Assembly: GCF_032444005.1 (NCBI RefSeq)
Contig: NC_091285.1
Coordinates: 705,250,001-705,314,000 of the forward strand
From: Ranitomeya imitator
Taxonomy: Eukaryota
Direction: 5' to 3'
DNA: 64,000 nucleotides
Below are positions 46,040 to 56,070 of this stretch, piece by piece. Position numbers and translations under genes: made by a program. Below the pieces are notes generated by a model. It was not told the DNA's origin. It saw nothing but the letters and a program-made list of their open reading frames with translations, and made no database searches. Each line of letters starts with the position of its first letter. Position 1 is the first letter of the stretch.

Positions 46040-49000
46040 CACCAATGCTGCCCGTGTACCCCAGGAACCAATTATAAATTGCCTACAGCCCAATTTTATT
46101 ATGTTAGGCCTTCGAAGCCTGTCTGCGGTCCGTTTTTTCTACTACTCCTCCACTGACCAGACCACTGCTGCCCGTGTACCCCTGGAACCAATTTAAAAGT
46201 GCCTACAGCCCAATGTTTTGTATGTTAGGCCTTCGAAGCCTGTCTGCGGTCCCTTATTTCTACTACTACTCCACTGACCAGACCAATGCTGCCCGTGTAC
46301 CCCTGGAACCAATTATAAAGTGCCTACAGCCCAATTTTTTTTATGTTAGGCCTTCGAAGCCTGTCTGCGGTCCCTCCTTCCACTAGGCCTCCACTGACCT
46401 GTCTACTGCTGCCCGTGTACCCCTGGAACCAATTATAAAGTGCCTACAGCCGAATTTTTTTATGTTAGGCATTTGAAGCCTGTCTGCGGTCCCTCCTTCC
46501 ACTAGGCCTCCACTGACCTGTCTACTGCTGCCCATGTACCCCTGGAACCAATTATAAAGTGCCTACAGCCCAATTTTTTTTATGTTAGGCCTTCGAAGCC
46601 TGTCTGCGGTCCCTCCTTCCACTAGGCCTCCACTGACCTGTCTACTGCTGCCCGTGTACCCCTGGAACCAATGTTAAAGTGCCTACAGCCCAATATTTTT
46701 TTATGTTAGGCCTTCGAAGCCTGTCTGCGGCCCGTTCTTTCTACTACTACTACCCTGATCAGTCTACTGCTGCCCGTGTACCCCTGGAACCAATGTTAAA
46801 GTGCCTACAGCCCAATTTTTTTATGTTAGGCCTTCGAAGCCTGTCTGCGGCCCATTCTTTCTACTACTACTACACTGACCAGTCTACTGCTGCCCGTGTA
46901 CCCCTGGAACCAATGTTAAAGTGCCTACAGCCCAATTTTTTTTATGTTAGGCCTTCGAAGCCTGTCTGCGGTCACTCCTTCCACTAGGCCTCCACTGACC
47001 TGTCTAATGCTGCCCGTGTTCCCCTGGAACCAATGTTAAATTGCCTACAGCCAAATTTTATTATGTTAGGCCTTCGAAGCCTGTCTGCGGTCCCTCCTTC
47101 CACTAGGCCTCCACTGACCTGTCTACTGCTGCCCGTGTACCCCTGGAACCAATGTTAAAGTGCCTACAGCCCAATATTTTTTTATGTTAGACCTTCGAAG
47201 CCTGTCTGCGGCCCGTTCTTTCTACTACTACTACCCTGATCAGTCTACTGCTGCCCGTGTACCCCTGGAACCAATGTTAAAGTGCCTACAGCCCAATTTT
47301 TTTATGTTAGGCCTTCGAAGCCTGTCTGCGGCCCATTCTTTCTACTACTACTACACTGACCAGTCTACTGCTGCCCGTGTACCCCTGGAACAAATGTTAA
47401 AGTGCCTACAGCCCAATTTTTTTTATGTTAGGCCTTCGAAGCCTGTCTGCGGTCACTCCTTCCACTAGGCCTCCACTGACCTGTCTACTGCTGCCCGTGT
47501 ACCCCTGGAACCAATGTTAAAGTGCCTACAGCCCAATATTTTTTTATGTTAGGCCTTCGAAGCCTGTCTGCGGCCCGTTCTTTCTACTACTACTACACTG
47601 ACCAGTCTACTGCTGCCCATGTACCCCGGGAACCAATGTTAAAGTGCCTACAGCCCAATTTTTTTTATGTTAGGCCTTCGAAGCCTGTCTGCGGTCCCTC
47701 CTTCCACTAGGCCTCCACTGACCTGTCTACTGCTGCCCGTGTTCCCCTGGAACCAATGTTAAATTGCCTACAGCCAAATTTTATTATGTTAGACCTTCGA
47801 AGCCTGTCTGCGGTCCCTCTTTCCACTAGGCCTCCACTGACCTGTCTACTGCTGCCCGTGTACCCCTGGAACCAATGTTAAAGTGCCTACAGCCCAATGT
47901 TTTTATGTTAGGCCTTCGAAGCCTGTCTGCGATCCCTTCTTTCTACTACTACTCCACTGACCAGACCAATGCTGCCCGTGTACCCCTGGAACCAATTATA
48001 AAGTGCCTACAGCCCAATTTATTTTATGTTAGGCCTTCGAAGCCTGTCTGTGGTCCCTCCTTCCACTAGGCCTCCACTTACTTGTCTACTGCTGCCCGTG
48101 TTCCCCTGGAACCAATGTTAAATTGCCTACAGCCAAATTTTATTATGTTAGACCTTCGAAGCCTGTCTGCGGTCCCTCTTTCCACTAGGCCTCCACTGAC
48201 CTGTCTACTGCTGCCCGTGTACCACTGGAACCAATGTTAAAGTGCCTACAGCCCAATGTTTTTATGTTAGGCCTTCGAAGCCTGTCTGCGATCCCTTCTT
48301 TCTACTACTACTCTACTGACCAGACCAATGCTGCCCGTGTACCCCTGGAACCAATTATAAAGTGCCTACAGCCCAATTTATTTTATGTTAGGCCTTCGAA
48401 TCCTGTCTGCAGCCCGTTCTTTCTACTACTACTACACTGACCAGTCTACTGCTGCCCGTGTACCCCTGGAACCAATGTTAAAGTGCCTACAGCCCAATTT
48501 TTTGATGTTAGGCCTTCGAAGCCTTTCTGCGGTCCCTCCTTCCACTAGGCCTCCATTGACCTGTCTACTGCTGCCCGTGTACCCCTGGAACCAATTATAA
48601 AGTGCCTACAGCCCAATTTTTTTATGTTAGGCCTTCGAAGCCTGTCTGCGGTCCCTCCTTCCACTAGGCCTCCACTGACCTGTCTAATGCTGCCCGTGTT
48701 CCCCTGGAACCAATGTTAAATTGCCTACAGCCAAATTTTATTATGTTAGGCCTTTGAAGCCTGTCTGCGGTCCCTCTTTCCACTAGGCCTCCACTGACCT
48801 GTCTACTGCTGCCCGTGTACCCCTGGAACCAATGTTTAAGTGCCTACAGCCCAATATTTTTTTATGTTAGGCCTTCGAAGCCTGTCTGCGGCCCGTTCTT
48901 TCTACTACTACTACACTGACCAGTCTACTGCTGCCCGTGTACCCCTGGAACCAATGTTAAAGTGCCTACAGCCCAATTTTTTTATGTTAGGCCTTCGAAG

Positions 49001-52000
49001 CCTTTCTGCGGTCCCTCCTTCCACTAGGCCTCCACTGACCTGTCTACTGCTGCCCGTGTACCCCTGGAACCAATTATAAAGTGCCTACAGCCCAATTTTT
49101 TTTATGTTAGGCCTTCGAAGCCTGTCTGAGGTCCCTCCTTCCACTAGGCCTCCACTGACCTGTCTACTGCTGCTTGTGTTCCCCTGGAGCCAATTTTAAA
49201 TTGCCTACAGCCAAATTTTATTATGTTAGGCCTTCGAAGTCTGTCTGCGGTCCCTCTTTCCACTAGGCCTCCACTGACCTGTCTACTGCTGCCCGTGTAC
49301 CCCTGGAACCAATGTTAAAGGGCCTACAGCCCAATGTTTTTATGTTAGGCCTTCGAAGCCTGTCTGCGGTCCCTTTTTTCTACTACTACTCCACTGACCA
49401 GACCAATGCTGCCCGTGTACCCCTGGAACCAATTATAAAGTGCCTACAGCCCAATTTTTTTTATGTTAGGCCTTTGAAGCCTGTCTGCGGTCCCTCCTTC
49501 CACTAGGCCTCCACTTACTTGTCTACTGCTGCCCGTGTACCTCTGGAAGCAATTATAAAGTGCCTACAGCCCAATTTTTTTTATGTTAGGCCTTCGAAGC
49601 CTGTCTGCAGTCCCTCCTTCCACTAGGCCTCCACTGACCTGTCTACTGCTGCCCTTGTTCCCCTGGAACCAATGTTAAATTGCCTACAGCCAAATTTTAT
49701 TATGTTAGGCCTTCGAAGCCTGTCTGCGGTCCCTCCTTCCACTAGGCCTCCACTGACCTGTCTACTGCTGCCCGTGTACCCCTGGAACCAATGTTAAAGT
49801 GCCTACAGCCCAATATTTTTTTATGTTAGGCCTTCGAAGCCTGTTTGCGGCCCGTTCTTTCTACTACTACTACACTGACCAGTCTACTGCTGCCCATGTA
49901 CCCCTGGAACCAATGTTAAAGTGCCTACAGCCCAATTTTTTTTATGTTAGGCCTTCGAAGCCTTTCTGCGGCCCGTTCTTTCTACTCCTACTACACTGAC
50001 CAGTCTACTGCTGCCCGTGTACCCCTGGAACCAATGTTAAAGTGCCTACAGCCCAATTTTTTTTATGTTAGGCCTTCAAAGCCTGTCTGCGGTCCCTCCT
50101 TCCACTAGGCCTCCACTGACCTGTCTACTGCTGCCCGTGTACCCCTGGAACCAATGTTAAAGTGCCTACAGCCCAATATTTTTTTATGTTAGGCCTTCGA
50201 AGCCTGTCTGCGGCCCGTTCTTTCTACTACTCCTACACTGACCAGACCACTGCTGCCTGTGTAACCCTGGAACTTATTTAAAAGTGCCTACAGCCCAATA
50301 TTTTATTATGTTAGGCCTTCGAAGCCTGTCTGCGGCTCGTTCTTTCTACTACTCCTACACTGACCAGACCGCTGCTGCCTGTGTAACCCTGGAACCTATT
50401 TAAAAGTGCCTACAGCCCAATATTTTATTATGTTAGGCCTTCGAAGCCTGTCTGCGGCCCGTTCTTTCTACTACTCCTACATTGACCAGACCACTGCTGC
50501 CCGTGTACCCCTGGAACCTATTTAAAAGTGCCTACAGCCCAATATTTTTTTATGTTAGGCCTTCGAAGCCTGTCTGCGGCCCGTTCTTTCTACTACTACA
50601 CTGACCAGTCTACTGCTGCCCGTGTACCCCTGGAACCAATGTTAAAGTGCCTACAGCCCAATTTTTTTTATGTTAGGCCTTCGAAGCCTGTCTGCGGTCC
50701 CTCCTTCCACTAGGCCTCCACTGACCTGTCTACTGCTGCCTGTGTTCCCCTGGAAGCAATGTTAAATTGCCTACAGCCAAATTTTGTTATGTTAGGCCTT
50801 CGAAGCCTGTCTGCTGTCCCTCCTTCCACTAGGCCTCCACTGACCTGTCTACTGCTGCCTGTGTACCCCTGGAACCAATGTTAAAGTGCCTACAGCCCAA
50901 TATTTTTTTATGTTAGGCCTTCGAAGCCTGTCTGCGGCCAGTTCTTTCTACTACTACTACACTGACCAGTCTACTGCTGCCCGTGTACCCCTGGAACCAA
51001 TGTTAAAGTGCCTACAGCCAAATTTTATTATGTTAGGCCTTCGAAGCCTGTCTGCGGTCCCTCCTTCCACTAGGCCTCCACTGACCTGTCTACTGCTGCC
51101 CGTGTACCCCTGGAACCAATGTTAAAGTGCCTACAGCCCAATATTTTTTTATGTTAGGCCTTCGAAGCCTGTCTGCGGCCCGTTCTTTCTACTACTCCTA
51201 CACTGACCAGACCACTGCTGCCTGTGTACCCCTGGAACCTATTTAAAAGTGCCTACAGCCCAATATTTTTTTATGTTAGGCCTTCGAAGCCTGTCTGCGG
51301 CCCGTTATTTCTACTACTCCTACACTGACCAGTCTACTGCTGCCCGTGTACCCCTGGAACCAATGTTAAAGTGCCTACAGCCCAATATTTTTTTATGTTA
51401 GGCCTTCGAAGCCTGTCTGCGGCCCGTTCTTTCTACTACTCCTACACTGACCAGACCACCTGCTGCCCATGTACCCCTGGAACCTATTTAAAAGTGCCTA
51501 CAGCCCAATATTTTATTATGTTAGGCCTTCGAAGCCTGTCTGCGGCCCGTTCTTTCTACTACTCCTCCACTGACCAGACCACTGCTGCCCGTGTACCCCT
51601 GGAACCTATTTTTAATTGCATAGAGCATCCTTTTTTATATAGTAGGCGTACAAAGTCTGTCTGCGGTCCACTATTGAAATTGTCCTCCACTGCCCAGAGC
51701 AATGCTGCCTGTGTACCCCTGTAACCTTTTTTAAGCTGCAGTGAGCCACATTTTTGGTTTGAGTCCTACTACCTCTATCTGTCTGCGCCACTCAATTCAG
51801 CTGTGTTCCTTTGAAAAAAGCTGAGCGTCAATAGTCTTGTTTTCAGCCTCTAGGAATTTTAAAACTGCATTGGGGCTACAACTTTGGTAGGGCCTACTAA
51901 CGGTGTCTGCCGCCCCAAGGTGTGCCCCAGGTTTCGTCCACATTGCTTCGATCTTCCTACTCTCGTTTAGTAGTTGTTGCAAACTACACTGCATTAGGCC

Positions 52001-52640
52001 TACAAATTTGGTATGGGGTGTAGAGAGACGGTGTGTTACACTCCAAGTTGTTCCCCAGGTTTCGTCCACATTGCTTCGATCTTCCTACTCTCGTTTAGTA
52101 GTTGGTGAAAACTACACTGCATTAGGCCTACAAATTGGGTATGGGGTGTAGAGACGGTGTCTTCCACTCCAAGGTGTTCTCCAGGTTGCCTTTCCTGAGC
52201 TTCTATCTTCAGGCTCTTGTTAAATAGTGGTTAAATGGAACAACTGCATTTGGCGTACTAGTTGGTTTGGGGCCTACTAACAGTGTCTGCCGCTCCTTGC
52301 TGTTCTCCTGGTTTCCTATCCTGAAATTCCATTTTCAGGCTCTCGTTAAGTAGTTGTTAATGTTAGACTGCATTTGGCCTACTAGTTGGGTTGGGCCTAC
52401 TATCGGTGTCTGCCACTCCTTGCTATTCTCCTCCACTGAACAAAGCTGTGCCGCCTGTTTACTACGGTTGCCAATTTTGAACTGCAATTCGACTACTTAC
52501 TGATTTGGGCCTACTCTCTGTGTAAGGCTCTCATTCCAGTTGTCCTCCACTGCAATGCCCCCTGGTTAGTCCTGTGTTACCAATTTTGAACTGCATTTAG
52601 CCCACTTTATTCTTTGGGCCTATATCTGTGTTTCCTCCTC
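46040..52640. repeat. 3' tandem array of hAT-A: ~120-bp unit, ~47 homogeneous copies plus ~7 diverged copies
   Basis: Unit ctgcccgtgtacccctggaaccaatgttaaagtgcctacagcccaatttttttatgttaggccttcgaagcctgtctgcgg... runs to ~51720. Diverged actgcatt.ggcctac...gggcctacta.c.gtgtctgcc units continue at ~120-bp spacing. Confidence 0.95.
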
Positions 52641-53418
52641 ATCCTGCCCATTGCCCAGCCAGTGATAGATGAGTCTGCTGGTACATTGACCCATAACGCA
52701 ACATTCCCCGTGCATGCTACACAGCAAGATTGTGACCCTGCTGAAAGTCAGGTTCCTCTTCCCGCATACCATACCACCTTACACGGGGACAAAGAGGAAG
52801 GTGCAGATGAAAGTGCAGGTTCCTTCATCAGGTGGGGGGAGGAATACTAGTTGGCGATGTCACTGGCACAGGGCCTCTCATAGTACGCAAAAGTGTTGCT
52901 GCCAGTGGGAGGCGCCCCCGCCGTGCAAACACACCGCTGTACTTTGAGGGGCCCTGTGCCAGTGCCAATGCCAACGAGTGGGCCCCCCCTGCTTGCTCAG
53001 GATCACAGCACTTGCAAAGTTGAAATACTTACCTCTCCCTGCTCCACTGCCGTGATGTCGTCCAGATTTAATGGGCCCACTAATTACTTGAACCAGCCCT
53101 ACCCCCCACAACTTTAGCCAAATGACCCCCAATTTCAAATGCCTTCCAATTATTATAAGCTAAATTACGATTGACAAGCTTCTGTAACAAGAATGGATGT
53201 TTTTGCCATTAAAATGGGCAGTGTAGGTGTTTTCCTGGCCTCCACTCACTGCCGACTATGCTCCCCCATTGACTTGCATTGGGTTTCGTGTTTCGGTCGA
53301 TACCCGACTTTTCGCGATAATCGGCCGATTCCACTCGACTCGACTTCTAAGATAGTCGGGTTTCGCGAAACACGGCTCGACTCTAAAAAGGTCAAGGTCG
53401 CTCAACCCTAGTAAGGAC

Positions 53419-53582
53419 TAAAGTTGGGGTTAGGGTTGGGGTTGGGGCTAAATTTTGTGTTAGGGTAGGGGCTAAAGCTAGGGTTAGGGTTGGTGCTAGG
53501 GTTAGGGATTGGATTACATTTACGGTTGGGATTAGGGTTATGGTTGGGATTAGGGTTAGGGTTGGAATTAGGGTTAGGGGTG
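53419..53582. repeat. Degenerate (TTAGGG)-like minisatellite, part 2
   Basis: ggggttagggttggggttggggctaaa...attagggttagggttgg. Confidence 0.85.
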
Positions 53583-54572
53583 TGTTAGGAGTCGAGTTTC
53601 CTCTGCTGCACAGGGGGAATCTCGATCCGTGTCTGCTGCGGTCTCCCATTCTGCTTCGGCTGCAGTGGGCTCTGCTCAGCGGAGGTGTCGCTCCCAGCGT
53701 CTTGCTGGGACTGATTCTGTGCAAAGGGTTACTGCTGCCTTTTCTGGCTCTCCTGTTGTACCCTGCACTGATCTGTGGCGATCGGGCTTCTCTGGGACTA
53801 AGTCCTTATTTGCACACACTGAGCATGCCCAGGGCAAGATCTCCCGTTGGAGATCGAGGGTCACATGCTCAGGTACTGCAGCACATCCCATTGGTCCTTT
53901 TGGCAGGTCCTGAAAGGGCAAAACTTCTGTAGCTGTTTCCTGTGCTGCAGCTATATAAACTGCGCATGACCGCACGGCCATGCGCTAGTTTTGTTTTGAT
54001 ATTATGGGTGTGTGTAGATGGATGTATGTCGATGGATGAAAGCTCCTAAGTATCCCTCCCTAGAGTTGTTGACTGCTCGCCGATGATGTTAGCTATCTAG
54101 CGCCCGACTAGCCATCTGCACGTAACACACATCACAGCGTCCTGTTGCTGTGCCCGCCAGTACGGCGCCGTGCGCTTCCTCTGCACTTTCCTTACCCAAG
54201 CCTGGGTGGTTAGTGGCGTCCGTCAGTGCGGCACCGCACGCACTCTCGTGCCTATAGATTCTATTTAATAAGTTTCCTTACACACCCAGTTGCGGTGTTG
54301 TGCCAGCAAGTGTCTAATCGGACTTCAATCCTGTGTAGGGGTTGAGTTCGCTGACATCTTGCTCGCGCTCTATGTGCGGTACTGCGGTCCTGTGACGCAA
54401 CAGGATCGCTTCCTTCACGCAGGGTGAAGTTAACCCATGTGTATATACTTAGTACCGCCATATAGGCCGTCTTACTAGCAGCAGGGTCATTTACCTGCAC
54501 GGTGGACCTCGGACTGCGAACGCACCTAGTTTCATATTATCTATACTTGGTGCGTTCCGCCGGTCCTTAACA
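53583..54572 (+). mobile_element. Solo LTR, same family
   Basis: tgttagg...ttaaca termini; perfect 5-bp TSD gggtg (53578-53582, 54573-54577); TATA-like ctatataaac near 53951. Confidence 0.9.
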
Positions 54573-54750
54573 GGGTGTGACAGGGATATGTTTGTTGTTA
54601 GGGTTATGGTTAGGAGTTTGTTGGGGTTAGGGGTCTGTTGTAGTTTGCATTGTGGTTGGTGTTAGAGGTGTGTTGGGGTTAAGGGTGTGGTTAGGGTTAT
54701 GGTTTTGGTTGGTATTATGGTTGAGGTCTGTTGGGTTTAGGATTAGCAAT
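54573..54750. repeat. Degenerate (TTAGGG)-like minisatellite, part 3
   Basis: gttagggttatggttagg...ggggttaagggtgtggttagggttatgg. Confidence 0.75.
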
Positions 54751-54765
54751 AGAATTGGGGGGTTT

Positions 54766-56070
54766 CCACTGTTTAGGCACATCAGGGGCTTTACAAACGC
54801 TACATGGGATCCGATCTCAATTCCAGCCAATTCTGTGTTGTTAAAGTAAAACAGTGCTCCTTCCCTTCCGAGCTCTGCGGTGCACCCAAACAGTGGTTTA
54901 CTTCCACATATGGGGTATCAGCATACTCAGGACAAATTGGACAACAAATTTTGCAGTCCAATTTCTCCTGTGACCCTTGTGAAAATAAAATTTTGGGGAC
55001 TAAAAAATCGTTTTTATGGAGAAAAAAAGATTATTTTATTTTCAAGGCTCTGCGTTATAAACTTTAGTGAAACACTTGGTGGTTCAAAATTCTCACAACA
55101 CATCTAGATAAGTTCCTTGAGGGGTCTAGTTTCTAAAATGGGGTCACTTGTGGGTAGTTTCCACTGTTTAGGCACATCAGGGGCTCTGCAAGTGCCACAT
55201 GATGCCCACAGACCATTCAATCAAAGTCTGCATTCCAAAACGTCACTACTACCCTTCCAAGCAATGACGGATGTGCCCAAACAGTAGTTTTCTCCCACAT
55301 ATGGGCTACCAGCATACTCAGGACAAATTGAACAACAACTCTTGGGGCCCAATTTCCCCTGTAGAACCTTGTGAAAATAAAAAATTGGGTGCTAAAAAAT
55401 CATTTCAGTGGAAAAAAAATATTATTTATTTTCACGGCTCTGCGTTATAAACTTTAGTGAAACACTTAGGGGTTAAAAGTTCTCACAATACATCTAGATA
55501 TGTTCCTTGGGGGATGTATTTTCCAAAATATGGTCACTTGTGGAAGGTTTCTACTGTTTAGGCACACCAGGGGCTCTGCAAACGTAACAAGACTCCCGCC
55601 AACCATTCCATCAGTCTGCATTCCAAAGCGTCACTACTTCCCTTCCGAGCTCTGCTGTGCACCCAAACAGTGGTTCTCCCCCACATATGAGGTATCAGCG
55701 TATTTAGGATAAACTGCAAAACAACTTTTGGGGTCCAGTTTCTCAGGGGCTCTCCAAACGCGACATGGCGTCAGATCTCAATTCCAGCCAATTCTACATT
55801 GAAACAGTCAAAAGGTGCTCCTTTCCTTCCAAGCTCTGCCATACGCCCAAACAGTGGTTTACCCCCATAAATGGGGTATTGGCATATTCAGGACAAGGTG
55901 CACAACTTTTTTGATCTAATTTCCTCTGATACCATTGGGAAAATAAACATTTGAGGGCGAAAAATAATTTTTGTGGAAAAAAATATGATTTTTTATTTTC
56001 TTGGCTCTACGTTAGAAGCTTCTGTGAAGCATTTAGGAGTTCAAAGTGCTCACTATCATATCCAAAAGTA
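54766..56070. repeat. ~390-395-bp internal tandem units of the piggyBac-type element
   Basis: c(c/t)actgtttaggcaca.caggggct at 54766, 55161 and 55551, plus a partial fourth unit. Confidence 0.85.

Larger units (their letters stand above)
34917..53410 (+). mobile_element. Giant hAT transposon (hAT-A), 18,494 bp
   Basis: 13-bp TIRs tagggttgagcga / tcgctcaacccta. Perfect 8-bp TSD gtaaggac (34909-34916, 53411-53418). Contains a transposase pseudogene, two tandem arrays and a CR1. Confidence 0.96.
34147..56070. mobile_element. Large piggyBac-type non-autonomous element hosting hAT-A and a solo LTR; right end missing
   Basis: TTAA then ccccttagcgacc at 34143-34160. The G-rich tract continues across both insertions into ~390-bp internal units. 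No aagggg+TTAA end seen near 56070. Confidence 0.7.

Noticed and set aside
46040-51720. Regular repeats with alternating variable segments that superficially resemble a CRISPR array
   Set aside because: The variable parts are a few recurring variants, not unique spacers. The unit is ~120 bp, there are no cas genes, and the context is eukaryotic.
46174-51724. Many short ORFs (MPTAQYFFMLGLRSLS..., MLKCLQPN...)
   Set aside because: These are translations of the satellite monomer, mostly from non-ATG starts and broken by poly-T length variation.
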